A DNA stretch of 32,000 nt from Desulfotalea psychrophila LSv54 (GCF_000025945.1 NC_006138.1:2040001-2072000); one strand, 5' to 3'. Shown: positions 1-10,270, counted from the first letter of the stretch. A program made the numbers and translations. Notes: a model not told the origin generated them from the letters alone.

Positions 1-2
1 AG

Positions 3-632
3 TATAAGTCTCTGGTCGCAACTCCTGTCACCCGGGCCTATTCCATGGCCAACTATCCTGGGGAAAAGGGGATCATCAAGCTCAACGTCCGAATTGCCAC
101 GCCCCCTCCCGGTGAGGTGGCCGCGCCTCCGGGTAAGTCATCCTCATATATATTTAATCTTCAGGAGGGGGATGAGGTAACCATCAGTGGCCCCTTTGGC
201 GATTTTTTTATGGACGATAGTGATTCTGAGGTGCTTCTCATCGGTGGAGGTGCAGGAATGGCTCCACTGCGCAGCCATGTCTTTGATCTCTTTCAGGGCA
301 AGCATACTGGGCGTAAGGTCTCTTTTTGGTATGGTGGTCGGAGTCTGCAGGAGGTGTTTTATCAGACAGAGTTGAACGCCCTTGCCAATGAATATGATAA
401 TTTCACATATCATTTGGGGCTTTCTGATCCGCAAGAGGAGGACAACTGGACTGGGGAGGTCGGGTATATCCATCTCATCTTATATGAGAATTATCTCAAG
501 GATCATCCTGCCCCTGAGGATATCAACTACTATCTCTGTGGTCCGCCAGTAATGAACAGGTCAGTACAGGAGATGCTTGATAATCTGGGTGTTGAGCGGA
601 CAAATATTCACTTTGATGATTTTGGAGGGTAG
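3..632 (+). CDS. nqrF: Na+-translocating NADH:quinone reductase subunit F, C-terminal part (5' end outside window)
   Basis: The open frame continues upstream of the listed ATG to the window edge ([20 protein letters not shown]...). FAD/NAD(P) reductase motifs [12 protein letters not shown] and [10 protein letters not shown], and a C-terminal FDDFGG typical of NqrF. Confidence 0.92.
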   Translation, partial: YKSLVATPVTRAYSMANYPGEKGIIKLNVRIATPPPGEVAAPPGKSSSYIFNLQEGDEVTISGPFGDFFMDDSDSEVLLIGGGAGMAPLRSHVFDLFQGKHTGRKVSFWYGGRSLQEVFYQTELNALANEYDNFTYHLGLSDPQEEDNWTGEVGYIHLILYENYLKDHPAPEDINYYLCGPPVMNRSVQEMLDNLGVERTNIHFDDFGG

Positions 633-806
633 ATGATGGGGACATTTTTGCTTTTACTGCTCATTACATTTTGTCTCTTTCTCCTAGCGGCGGGCTTAGT
701 TAATTTTTCTAAGCGCCGCCAGGAAAAGAGCAAGCTCAGCTGTCTCTGTGGTGGGGCGGGGGGCAATCATTGTTCAGACCGGAAAAAGTCGTGCAAGGAG
801 CTTTAG
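633..806 (+). CDS. nqrM: NqrM-like small membrane protein (Na+-NQR maturation factor family), 57 aa
   Basis: Read by eye: ATG immediately after the nqrF stop, MMGTFLLLLLITFCLFLLAAGLVNFSKRRQEKSKLSCLCGGAGGNHCSDRKKSCKEL*. One TM helix plus a Cys-rich tail, directly downstream of nqrF as in known nqr operons. Confidence 0.65.
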   Translation: MMGTFLLLLLITFCLFLLAAGLVNFSKRRQEKSKLSCLCGGAGGNHCSDRKKSCKEL

Positions 807-2086
807 GTGGAGCTACCCGCCCTTTTCTTGCCCTGCTGGAAATGACGATGCTTGGCCAATATTTCCGTTAAGTGTACTACCTTAATCGTTGAACCCGCCG
901 AGGCAACGGCACTGCGCCACTGCATCAGGCAGCCGGAGCAGGTGGTGGTGATGATATCAGGGTTAAGGGCCAGGACCTTATCTCTCAGATCGTCACGGAT
1001 AGCAGTGGATATTTTCATCGCCGCAAGGGAAAACAGGCCTCCCATGCCACAGCACTGGGGGCCATCTGCCAGTTCCACCAGCTCTATTCCGCTACATTCT
1101 TTGAGTAGCTTACGAGGTTCATCGACGATATTCAGCTCGTTGCGGAAATGACAGGGGTCGTGGTAAAATACCCGTAGATTCTTTTGTTCGTTTACTGCCT
1201 TCTCTTCGCTCTTTTTCTCGTCCTTTTTCAAGGTCTGCAAAAATTCAGTCAGCTCGACACAGCGTCCGCTGATCCGTTTGGCCCGTTCCTGCCATGCCTT
1301 CTCATCTGCGAAAACATTTTCCAGGGAGTGCAGTTGGAAGAAGCAGGAGGCGCAGCTGACCAGAATCGGTCCCTCTGTTTTTTCTAAGGCGATAATGTTT
1401 TTTTCTGCAAGCCTTCTTGCCCCGGCCAGATCTCCAGCAGAAAAGGCACTGAGCCCACAGCAGGAAAGTCCTGTCGGCACCTGAAGACTGTAGCCTAGGG
1501 TGGCAAAGAAACGACGGTGTTTCTCCAGCAGGGCAGGGGTGATATAGCTGGTAGCACAACCGGGAAAGTAAAGCAGTGGCTGGAGATCAGGGTCTGTAGG
1601 CAACGGGCAGGGGGCTGTCGCCTCCGACTCTTTACTGTCTGTCAGATGATCTTCACTTAACATGGCCAGACGCAGGCGTAGGCCACTCTCGGCAGGTAGT
1701 CCTTTGGCTAGTAATCTGTCAAGGTGCAGAGCAATCTTGCGTAGGTGGACAAGCATTTGAGGGCGTTCAAGCGCTTTGCCTGCCAAGTATTTTTTGTAGC
1801 CACCCGGTATTACAGTGATTTCACTACGTACCTGCCGGACATGGGCAAGGGTGTCGATTCCCCGAGGGCATACCTGCGAGCAAGCACCACAGAGCAGGCA
1901 TTTGGAGAATATATCTTTAACGTCGGCGCCCGAGGCATCTTCCCCTATTTTTTGCAGGTGTTGTCGGCCGCGGGAAGAGTAAAATTCTTTGCCACCACTT
2001 GCCCTGTAAACAGGGCAGACCACTGTGCAGGCACCACAGCGGGCGCACTCTTTTTCCGGCCCTTTTTTTGTCTGCCCTTTTTTCAT
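803..2086 (-). CDS. (Fe-S)-binding oxidoreductase subunit, GlcF/LutA/heterodisulfide-reductase-like
   Basis: Two CxxCxxCxxxCP clusters (CARCGACTVVCP, CLLCGACSQVCP) and CCG-type motifs (GCATSY...GLSCCG; CHFRNEL...GPQCCGMGG). Confidence 0.85.
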   Translation of the reverse strand: MKKGQTKKGPEKECARCGACTVVCPVYRASGGKEFYSSRGRQHLQKIGEDASGADVKDIFSKCLLCGACSQVCPRGIDTLAHVRQVRSEITVIPGGYKKYLAGKALERPQMLVHLRKIALHLDRLLAKGLPAESGLRLRLAMLSEDHLTDSKESEATAPCPLPTDPDLQPLLYFPGCATSYITPALLEKHRRFFATLGYSLQVPTGLSCCGLSAFSAGDLAGARRLAEKNIIALEKTEGPILVSCASCFFQLHSLENVFADEKAWQERAKRISGRCVELTEFLQTLKKDEKKSEEKAVNEQKNLRVFYHDPCHFRNELNIVDEPRKLLKECSGIELVELADGPQCCGMGGLFSLAAMKISTAIRDDLRDKVLALNPDIITTTCSGCLMQWRSAVASAGSTIKVVHLTEILAKHRHFQQGKKRAGSST

Positions 2087-3196
2087 TATTTTCCCCAGAG
2101 TAGGAAGGCCTTGATAAAGCCATCGAGACCGCCGTCAAGTACAGCATCGACATTACCTGCCTCAAAATCTGTACGATGATCCTTAATTAGACGATATGGT
2201 TGCAGTACATAGGAACGAATCTGGCTTCCCCAGGAGATGCCCTTCTTCTCGCCGTGCAGTCCTTCCTGCTGATCTGCTTTTTTTTGCTTTTCGAGCTGAT
2301 ATATCTGGGCAATAAGCATCTTCATTGCCATCTCTTTATTGCGATGTTGAGACCTTTCATTTTGGCACTGGACAACAACGCCGGTCGGCAGATGGGTTAA
2401 ACGAATTGCCGAGTCGGTCTTATTTACATGCTGACCACCTGCGCCACTGGCACGATAGGTATCTACCCGCAGATCTTTTTCGTCGATATCAACATCAACC
2501 GTATTATCGAGTTCTGGCATGACCATCACCGAGGCAAAGGAGGTGTGGCGTCTGCCACTGGTGTCAAAGGGAGAGATCCGTACCAGGCGATGGATGCCAA
2601 GCTCTGAACGCAGATAACCATAGGCCCATTGCCCCTTGATCAGAATGGTAATACTCTTGGTACCTGCCTCATCACCGGGGAGTAAATCAAGGATCTCGGT
2701 CTTAAATTTATGGCGTTCCGCCCAGCGCAGATACATACGTAGGAGAATATCAGTCCAATCCTGGGCCTCGGTTCCACCGGCACCTGCGTGGATAGAAATA
2801 ATGGCGTTGCAGCTGTCATGTTCACCGATGAACATGCACTCCAGCTCGATGGCGGCCAGGGCGTTGGCAAAGCTCCCTAGCTTCAGCGCAATTTCCTGCT
2901 CAATTTCCTGGTCACCCTCTTCGGCGGCCATCTCAAGAAGCATTTCACTCTCTTCGAGGTCGTCCCACTTATTCTGCCAGCCTTTAACTTTATCCTGAAT
3001 CTGGCCATGCTCTTTTTGTATCTTTTGGGCAGTGGCAGCATCATTCCAAAAATTGGGGGCAAGGGTCTGACGTTCCAGCTCTTCTAGTTTTTCTATAAGA
3101 TGAGCTAAGTCAAAGATGCTCCTTCAAGGCCTGCAGTCTGGCCCTCAGTTCAGTGATTTTTTGTTTAGAGACCGCTGCTCCATCATCAATAGCCAT
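2086..3196 (-). CDS. prfB: Peptide chain release factor 2 with programmed +1 frameshift; complement(join(3113..3196,2086..3111))
   Basis: RF2 body contains GAGGQHVNKTDSAIRLTHLPTGV. The N-terminal 28 codons (MAIDDGAAVSKQKITELRARLQALKEHL) end at an in-frame TGA within CTTTGAC; skipping one T continues DLAHLIEKLEELERQTLAPNFWND... into the listed ORF. RBS aaagaggtgg upstream of ATG 3196. Confidence 0.96.
3109..3124 (-). promoter_or_regulatory. prfB recoding signal: internal SD-like AAGGAG (3124..3119), 3 nt spacer, CTTTGAC (3115..3109)
   Basis: Minus strand reads AAGGAGCATCTTTGAC, matching the E. coli prfB arrangement AGGGGGTATCTTTGAC. Confidence 0.95.
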
Positions 3197-3230
3197 ATCC
3201 TTCCACCTCTTTATAATTCTAACAACTTGA

Positions 3231-4787
3231 TCATAATCGTTTGAGCTGGCAACTTTTCCTTCTGTAGAGGAGAAGATAGCCGCCCACTATCAATAAACAT
3301 AATGGCGCAAAAAGATAGCCCCAACAAACAAAAAACGTTCGTTTTTCCAGGAGAGGGATCTCTTCCACCCCCACCCAGGAACTAAAGAGTGGTGAGACCT
3401 GTACCAGCGTTCCCAAGGGGCTGATGAATGCCGAAAATCCCGTATTTGCAGAGCGGACTATACTGCGTCTTGTCTCAACTGCCCGCATAGCTGTCATTGC
3501 CAAACTATGATATGGGGCACTCGATCTACCATACCAGGCATCATTGGTCAAATTCACCAGAACATTAGCACCGGAGTCAACCCATTTTCTGGAGATGTCG
3601 GCAAAGACAGACTCAAAACAGATAAGCACCCCGGAACGGGCATTCTGCCAATCCAGGGTCTTCTCTACTCGACCCGGAGTGAAATCTCCCACGGAGACCA
3701 CAAGCGGTTCCAGAAATGGCAGGTATTTTCGAAAAGGGACATACTCTCCAAAGGGAACCAGGTGACTCTTGTAGTAGGATCCTGAGAATCCTTTCCGGGA
3801 GAGTAGTTGTGCACTGTTATAATAGTCTATATCGCGTGCTTTTTGATCGACAATCCGGAACCAGGGGGCGCCAGTAAGGAGAGCATAGTCATAGCGACTA
3901 ACGGAATCCTGCAGGGACTGGGTGTAGATAGACTTTTCCGGGTAGAAGGGGAGAGCGGTCTCTGGCCAGACAACCATCTCCGGTCTGTTTTGCCTGAAGA
4001 GCCCCTCGGTCAGGCCCAGATATTTTTCCACAGTCTGGCCTGTCTGATTGACAGACCACTTGAGGTTCTGTTCAATATTGCCCTGGACAATGGCCACCGT
4101 TATGGTCTTGGCCTCAGCCATTTCCAAGCTTATCTGTTTTTGCCGTAGCTGTGAATAGGCAGTTAGGGCAAGGATAATAAGCCACGGGGTAAGGAGGCTT
4201 ATTGGTCTTCTTTTAATTCTCCCACCTCTTAGGAAAAACGAGATAAGCTGGTAAAAAGAGACGTTCAGCATGATAATGACAAAGGTCAGGCCATGGTGGC
4301 CAAAGAGATCGGCAAATTGGAGCAGGGAGGGGGTAAGGGCAAGCCCGTAGCCCAGATCCATCCAGGGAAAACCGGTGAAGAGATATGCTCGTAGCCAATC
4401 AATTCCCACCCAGAGTGCGGGCAGGAGCCAGAGCCCGGCTCTGCCTGTCAGGAAGGTCCGGCCCACCAGGACAAAGGTAAGCAGGTATATGCTCATATAG
4501 AGGGCAAGCATGGCCAGGGCTGGCAGGGCAAGATAAAGGGGCAGCCCGCCGTACTGTTTGAGAACGATGACAATCCAGTAGAGCTGCCACATATAGTGAA
4601 CAGATCCTGCCAGAAGGGCGCAGGCACCTGCCTGTTTAGCTCCTGTTCCTTGTAGGGCAAAAAACAGAGGTATCAGGGCAAGAGGAAGCAGGGGCCAGAA
4701 GCCACCACTGCCTGGCATTGCCAGGGAGAGGGAGATGCCTGTAAGTAGGGAGAGGAGGTAGGGCAGGGATCGTCGACAGATATTCAT
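3231..4787 (-). CDS. lnt: Apolipoprotein N-acyltransferase
   Basis: Multi-TM N-terminus, then a nitrilase-like domain (VVWPETALPFY, KSHLVPFGEYVPFR, GVLICFESVF, NLTNDAWYGRSSAPYHS). Directly downstream of corC-like gene. Confidence 0.93.
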   Translation of the reverse strand: MNICRRSLPYLLSLLTGISLSLAMPGSGGFWPLLPLALIPLFFALQGTGAKQAGACALLAGSVHYMWQLYWIVIVLKQYGGLPLYLALPALAMLALYMSIYLLTFVLVGRTFLTGRAGLWLLPALWVGIDWLRAYLFTGFPWMDLGYGLALTPSLLQFADLFGHHGLTFVIIMLNVSFYQLISFFLRGGRIKRRPISLLTPWLIILALTAYSQLRQKQISLEMAEAKTITVAIVQGNIEQNLKWSVNQTGQTVEKYLGLTEGLFRQNRPEMVVWPETALPFYPEKSIYTQSLQDSVSRYDYALLTGAPWFRIVDQKARDIDYYNSAQLLSRKGFSGSYYKSHLVPFGEYVPFRKYLPFLEPLVVSVGDFTPGRVEKTLDWQNARSGVLICFESVFADISRKWVDSGANVLVNLTNDAWYGRSSAPYHSLAMTAMRAVETRRSIVRSANTGFSAFISPLGTLVQVSPLFSSWVGVEEIPLLEKRTFFVCWGYLFAPLCLLIVGGYLLLYRRKSCQLKRL

Positions 4788-4789
4788 TA

Positions 4790-5662
4790 TTAGCTCTTGG
4801 CTCTCATATCGGTGATATGTACCTGAAGTATATGACGGTTTGTGGCATTTGTTATTTCAAAACGCAGTCCCGAGGACTCAACGATATCGCCCACAGCACC
4901 CAGGCGACCGAGGAGGTGGATAAGGAGGCCTCCCAGGGATTCATGCAGACCCTCGGGAAGCGTTACCCCAAAGTGCCTTTCTATTTTTTCTATGTCAATG
5001 CGGGCATGGGCGAGGAGCATTCCGTCACCAATCTCTTCAAGCTTATCCTGCTCATCGTCATATTCGTCGTCGATTTCACCGACGATTTCTTCTAAAATAT
5101 CTTCCATGGTGATCAGTCCGCGGATGGCACCAAATTCATCGGTCACCATTGCCATATGTGCCTTTCGTTTTTGGAAATCACGGAGCAGGTCGACAATGGG
5201 TTTTGCTTCGGGGATGAAGTAGATTGGGAGCAAAAAATCCTCAAGAGAGACAACCTGGGAAGAGTTGTTCATGGCAAGTTTGAGTAAATCTTTGACATGG
5301 ATAATACCGATGACCCTATCCGGGTTTTCCCGGTAGATGGGGATTCGGGTAAAACCTTGCTTAACAACACCGTCCACAATTTCTTCAACAGAGCTGGAAA
5401 TTTCAAAGGAGATAACTTCAGCAACAGGGGTCATAATCTCTGCGGCCTGGGTATCCCGGAAATCAAAAATGGAGTTGATCATCCTCTCTTCAAGGCTTGA
5501 GATAAGACCCTGTTCTTCGCCTTCCTCAAGTAACTCCTGGATCTCTAGTTCAAGGTCTTCCTTTGTTCCCGGTTTACCGAAGGAAAATAAGGAGGATAAT
5601 TTCTTGAGGAGGCTTTTCTGTTCACCCTCATCAGGAGGGTCTGCTTTTGTTTCTGCGTTCAC
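4790..5662 (-). CDS. corC: CBS-domain protein, CorC/HlyC (YbeX) family
   Basis: Paired CBS-type motifs (IMTPVAEVISF, FTRIPIYRENPDRVIGIIHVKDLL, HMAMVTDEFGAIRGLITMEDILEEIVGEIDDEYD) plus C-terminal transporter-associated domain. corC-lnt adjacency is conserved in many bacteria. Confidence 0.9.
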   Translation of the reverse strand: MNAETKADPPDEGEQKSLLKKLSSLFSFGKPGTKEDLELEIQELLEEGEEQGLISSLEERMINSIFDFRDTQAAEIMTPVAEVISFEISSSVEEIVDGVVKQGFTRIPIYRENPDRVIGIIHVKDLLKLAMNNSSQVVSLEDFLLPIYFIPEAKPIVDLLRDFQKRKAHMAMVTDEFGAIRGLITMEDILEEIVGEIDDEYDDEQDKLEEIGDGMLLAHARIDIEKIERHFGVTLPEGLHESLGGLLIHLLGRLGAVGDIVESSGLRFEITNATNRHILQVHITDMRAKS

Positions 5663-6081
5663 AGGCTATTAAATTGGTAGAATTAATCTTTAGGAGGTAA
5701 GATACTTGTTACCATTCTGGGGAATAACTATCTCCGATACTCTACAGGATAGTCTATAATAATGTACAAAGAATGATCATTAAAGAAAGGAAAATCAATA
5801 AGCTCTTTTTTTTATCTAAGCAGGTGCCAATAAAACATAAATAGCAGATGCTACCGCTATTTAGGAAAATTTAGAGCCAAAGGCTTTAAAAAAAATCTTT
5901 GCCAAAAGAGCCAAGCAAGATTATATTACTGTTGTTTATGCTCGGCCTTCTCTTTGAATTTAGATTATTTTAGCTGCTCAGCATAAGAGAAAAAAGCTCT
6001 ATAAATAAAGGCAGGATGTAAGGAACACACTTGCTTGATTACACCCATAACTGCCAATAATCACAACAAACGAGGAACAAT

Positions 6082-7485
6082 TTGGAAGGAAAAGTTCTTA
6101 TAGCTAATCGTGGTGAAATTGCCATTCGTATTATGAACGCCTGCAAAGACCTTGGACTTGACTACGTAGTAGTATATACGGATGCAGACAAAGATTCTGA
6201 ACATGTGCAACAAAATATCACCCAGGGTCCAGGACAGAACGCATGGCGCATCACGAATTACACGGAACCAAATGATATTTTTGCGATAGCCGATCACACC
6301 GGTTGTACTGCAATCCATCCTGGTTATGGCTTCTTCTCTGAAGATTTTCGTTTTGCCAGAAGGGCAACCCTTCGAGATCGCCCACTGACCTTTATCGGTC
6401 CGAATTGGGAGGTTATTAAGAACCTTGGTGATAAGATTAACACCAAAAAGGTTGCAAATGAACTGGGTATTCCCACAATCCCTGGAACTTCTGCTCCTAT
6501 CTACAATGAAATGGAAGCTGAGGAGATAGCCAGCAAACTCCTGCAAGATCAGCTTGCTCAGGGTATTGAGAATCCATCCATTCTGGTGAAAGCTGCCGCC
6601 GGTGGTGGTGGAATGGGAATTGAAGAGGTTACGGAAATTGAACAGTTTCGTCGTACCTATCGTCAGTTGCAAAACTATGCCAAACGTCAGTTTGGCGATG
6701 GTGGTGTCCTGATTGAGCAGTGTCTGCGAGATTATAATCACCTTGAAGTACAGTTGGTCTGCTCTAAGCATAAAGAGATTGTTCATTTCGGTTCGAGAAA
6801 CTGTACCATTCAGTCCACTGGTCGACAAAAACGGGTTGAGGCGGCACCGGGTTTTCACAGATCATGCTTTGACTATGACTTTGACGAAGAGAAGTTACTG
6901 GAGCAAATAGTTGAATACTCTATTCGCCTTGCCAAGCATGTTTCTTATGATAATGTGGGCACTTGGGAGTGGATTGTTAGTCGTTCCGGGCAACCATATC
7001 TGCTTGAGGTTAATACCAGAATTCAGGTAGAAAATGATATCTCTGCTCGTATCAGCTATCTGGATAACAAGCATCCGAATCTCCTGCGGGAACAGATCCG
7101 GCTGGGGCTGGGCGATAAGATGGGTTATAGCCAGAAAGATATCGTCTTTCGAGGTACCGCCATTGAGCTCCGTATTGTTGCTGAAGATACCCGCCGTGGT
7201 TTTGCTCCCTGGATTGGCACAATTGATGAGTTTAGCCTGCCTCAGTATGATTGGTCGGCAGTTTATACTCATGTACCAAGCGATAGACCCTACCCTATTC
7301 CTAGTGATTTTGATCCCAACCTTGCTCTCGCCCTTGTCTGGGGAGATAGCGTGGAGGAGGCCAAGGAACGGGCTGTTCAATTTTTAAAGGAAACAACTAT
7401 TAAGGGTAAGGATTCAAGCGGCCAACCGATTATTACAAACCTACCATATCTTAGGGATAATCTTTCCAGACTGTTAAAGTTCTAA
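6082..7485 (+). CDS. Biotin carboxylase-like subunit of acetyl-CoA/acyl-CoA carboxylase (TTG start)
   Basis: KVLIANRGEIAIRIMNACKDLG, HPGYGFFSED, KAAAGGGGMGI, LEVNTRIQVENDISARI. RBS-like cgaggaac precedes TTG 6082. No biotinyl (MKM) domain. Confidence 0.88.
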   Translation: MEGKVLIANRGEIAIRIMNACKDLGLDYVVVYTDADKDSEHVQQNITQGPGQNAWRITNYTEPNDIFAIADHTGCTAIHPGYGFFSEDFRFARRATLRDRPLTFIGPNWEVIKNLGDKINTKKVANELGIPTIPGTSAPIYNEMEAEEIASKLLQDQLAQGIENPSILVKAAAGGGGMGIEEVTEIEQFRRTYRQLQNYAKRQFGDGGVLIEQCLRDYNHLEVQLVCSKHKEIVHFGSRNCTIQSTGRQKRVEAAPGFHRSCFDYDFDEEKLLEQIVEYSIRLAKHVSYDNVGTWEWIVSRSGQPYLLEVNTRIQVENDISARISYLDNKHPNLLREQIRLGLGDKMGYSQKDIVFRGTAIELRIVAEDTRRGFAPWIGTIDEFSLPQYDWSAVYTHVPSDRPYPIPSDFDPNLALALVWGDSVEEAKERAVQFLKETTIKGKDSSGQPIITNLPYLRDNLSRLLKF

Positions 7486-7577
7486 GAAGATTGCCTTAAA
7501 ACGTATTTGTAATAACAAAATTCTACTAATAATAGGATCAGGTGCTTCCCTCTTTAAGAGAGCGCTGATATTTATAT

Positions 7578-9839
7578 ATGACTGAACAGTTAAAAAAATT
7601 GCATAAGATAGAAGAGAGGATCAACTATCTTCTGCAGGTAAAAGACTTCAACAACTGGGGAAATCTTGAAGAATTTAAGGCCGGTTGTGAGAGCATTAAA
7701 AACAGCATCTACGATTTCACCGCTGAAGAAACGGCCAGTGAAATAACTAAGCTTGACGAATCGATCTCCTTTCTTGAAGAGCGGGCGGAAGAACAGCTCA
7801 CCCCCATGGAACGGGTGCGTATTGTTCGCGCCACCCAACGCTTTTCGCTCAAGGATATTTTAGAAAATGTCTATGAGGATTATACCGAACTCGGTGGCGA
7901 AGAGGATGCTAATATTGATCCAGCAATGGTCTGCGCTAAGGCAACCATCGTTCGTCGCATAAAAGACAAGCCATACACCTCCTCTGTTATGGTCATTGGC
8001 CAGGAAAAAGGGCACGGTGAGGAGTATCGTAACGGTGGCTCCTGTAAGCCGGAGGGAAATGAAAAGGCCCTCCGTTATATGAAGGTTGCGGAAACCGAAG
8101 GTATTCCCATTCATTTCTATATCTTCACCCCTGGTTCTTATCCCGTTGAAGAGTATCCAGGTGCCGCTCAGCAGATTGCCCGAAATATTTATGCCATGGC
8201 TAAGCTCCGTGTGCCCATGGTATCGATTATCTCCGAGGGTGGTTCCGGTGGTGCAGAGGCCATTGGTCTCTCTGATTACCGGATGATGGCCTCCCATGGT
8301 TACTACTCTGTTATCTCTCCCGAGGGCGCGGCTGCCATCGAGGGACGGGTAGGCGAGGGAAAGAAGGTGCCCCGCGAGCTTATTGAGGTTTGTGCCGATC
8401 GTCTCCGTCTTACCGCTAAGGATAATCTTGAGCATGGTACCATTGATCGCATCATCCAAGAGCCTCCTTTGGGCGCTCATCGTGATGACTTTGCCTTCTT
8501 TGCCAAGGTGCGCTCGGAGATGATTCGGGCCACGGATCAGGTTGTTCTCTCTACCAAGAGCTTCAGTGCCCTGCGTAGTTATGAGCTCATGCGTAAAAAA
8601 TCTAAATCAGAAAGTGAAGAACTGCAGATCCAGGTACCTTGGGATCTGAGCCGGGATGAGATTCGTCGTCTGCTCAAACTACGCTCAAAAAAATATCTGA
8701 GCCTTGCCCGAAATGGTTTTACCGGCAGGATAGATAGCGCTGAGGGAAGCGGCAAGCAGCTTGCTATCAAGGCGGAAAAGCTCTACTACACGCTTCGCTA
8801 TGACATTCTTAAGAGCCACCAACGTCAGGTACGCAAGGTTATTACCGATGTCTCCGGTGAAAGTTCTGTCATGTTCAAAAAGATTATCGATCCCGTCCAT
8901 TCGGTTTTGAACACCATCAGTAACAAGGGCAAAAAAATCGGCAAAAGGCAACTTTCCTCGCAGAGTAGTTCGCCTGCTCCCAGGGTAGATCCACTTGAGC
9001 TGACCGGCACCTATACCAGTCCCCTTGCTAATCAGGATCGAACCATCTCCTGTCCTAATGCCGATAAGCATGGTTGTAAAGATATGTGGATTCCCGATCT
9101 CTTTGGTGAATTTGCCGGTGTCTGTGAAACATGTGGTCACCACTTTCCCATGGAACATCAGTGGTACCTGGAAAATGTCTTTGATAAGGGCTCCATCAAA
9201 AAATTTAATACCAATATCACTTCCGGCAATCCGTTGAACTATAAGGGTTTTATGGATCGTTTGAATGCTGCCAAAAAGAAGACCGGCGAGAAGGCCGGTA
9301 ATATGACCTTCTTTGCTGAGGTTGACGGTATTAAGATTGTAGTCTGTATGCTCTACTCAGATTTTAGAAGTGGCACATTCGGCTCTGCTGAAGGTGAGAA
9401 GTTTGCCCAGGCATGTGCCATCGCTCAACGAAAAAAGCGGCCGCTTCTTGCCTATGTCCATACTACGGGTGGCATCAGGATCCAGGAGGGTACTCTGGGT
9501 GTTGCTCAAATGCCAAAGTGTACCATGGCTGTGCGTGAATATATTGATGCAGGTGGCCTTTATATGGTTGTCTATGACAATAACTCCTATGCAGGGCCTG
9601 TGGCATCTTTTCTGGGATGTTCTCCCTACCAATTTGCCATTCGCTCCAGTCGAGTGGGCTTTGCCGGTCCTCGCGTTATTCGAGAGACCACTGGTATCGA
9701 TATACCACCTGATTACCACTCAGCTCGCAATGCCCTGCGCCGCGGACATATCCAGGGTATCTGGGACAGAAGAGAGTTTCGCCGAAACTTGCATAAGTCT
9801 CTTCTCACTATGGGAAGCTCAAGTCTCTACTATCGTTAA
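7578..9839 (+). CDS. Fused acetyl-CoA carboxylase carboxyltransferase: N-terminal AccA-like and C-terminal AccD-like domains
   Basis: N-terminal half: SEGGSGGAEAIGLSD, YYSVISPEGAAAI. C-terminal half: zinc-finger-like CPNADKHGCKDMWIPDLFGEFAGVCETCGHHFPM, then ...FRSGTFGSAEGEKFAQACAIA, PLLAYVHTTGGIRIQEG. Confidence 0.88.
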   Translation: MTEQLKKLHKIEERINYLLQVKDFNNWGNLEEFKAGCESIKNSIYDFTAEETASEITKLDESISFLEERAEEQLTPMERVRIVRATQRFSLKDILENVYEDYTELGGEEDANIDPAMVCAKATIVRRIKDKPYTSSVMVIGQEKGHGEEYRNGGSCKPEGNEKALRYMKVAETEGIPIHFYIFTPGSYPVEEYPGAAQQIARNIYAMAKLRVPMVSIISEGGSGGAEAIGLSDYRMMASHGYYSVISPEGAAAIEGRVGEGKKVPRELIEVCADRLRLTAKDNLEHGTIDRIIQEPPLGAHRDDFAFFAKVRSEMIRATDQVVLSTKSFSALRSYELMRKKSKSESEELQIQVPWDLSRDEIRRLLKLRSKKYLSLARNGFTGRIDSAEGSGKQLAIKAEKLYYTLRYDILKSHQRQVRKVITDVSGESSVMFKKIIDPVHSVLNTISNKGKKIGKRQLSSQSSSPAPRVDPLELTGTYTSPLANQDRTISCPNADKHGCKDMWIPDLFGEFAGVCETCGHHFPMEHQWYLENVFDKGSIKKFNTNITSGNPLNYKGFMDRLNAAKKKTGEKAGNMTFFAEVDGIKIVVCMLYSDFRSGTFGSAEGEKFAQACAIAQRKKRPLLAYVHTTGGIRIQEGTLGVAQMPKCTMAVREYIDAGGLYMVVYDNNSYAGPVASFLGCSPYQFAIRSSRVGFAGPRVIRETTGIDIPPDYHSARNALRRGHIQGIWDRREFRRNLHKSLLTMGSSSLYYR

Positions 9840-9860
9840 TTAGGGGCAGTTGATCGTTTA

Positions 9861-9893
9861 AGGGCCTGGCAGATTATGTCAGGCCTTTTTTTT
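9861..9893 (+). terminator. Rho-independent terminator
   Basis: AGGGCCTG (9861-9868) pairs with CAGGCCTT (9880-9887), followed by T-run; sits 22 nt after the carboxyltransferase stop. Confidence 0.85.
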
Positions 9894-10270
9894 ATACCCA
9901 GGGATGGGTTTGTATGACGCGGTGCCAGGGATGGCAAGGAGCGGCAATGCCCTGTCCTTTAGCAAACACCCATGTTAGTCCAGAAAGCTGTGAAAGAATA
10001 ACAGCTGTCAGAAACGGCTGAACAGCAAAAGCATTTACCACAGAGACCACAAAGAACAGAGAGCCTTAAGACAAGTTATACCTTTACTACCGTTTCTGTT
10101 TATACTCTTTAAGCCCCTACTCTCCTGCACTGGCAAAAAAAACTCCTCCCGCCTGCTTCTCTTTCACAATTTTTTCTCTTATGTGTATAATAGGGAGGTC
10201 AAAGCTCTCCGAGGTTCATTTTGGCAGAGACCTAGTATTACCTTTAGTCTAAATATAAAAGAGGGAAAAA

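Noticed and set aside
2640-2998. Plus- and minus-strand ORFs overlapping prfB (e.g. 2636..2998 +)
   Set aside because: Antisense or alternate-frame shadows of a high-confidence RF2 gene; composition implausible for proteins.
6061-6858. 265-aa minus-strand ORF opposite the biotin carboxylase
   Set aside because: Shadow ORF of a strongly conserved gene; no recognisable motif and no RBS context.
7860-8480. 206-aa minus-strand ORF opposite the carboxyltransferase
   Set aside because: Shadow ORF; the sense strand has clear AccA motifs throughout.
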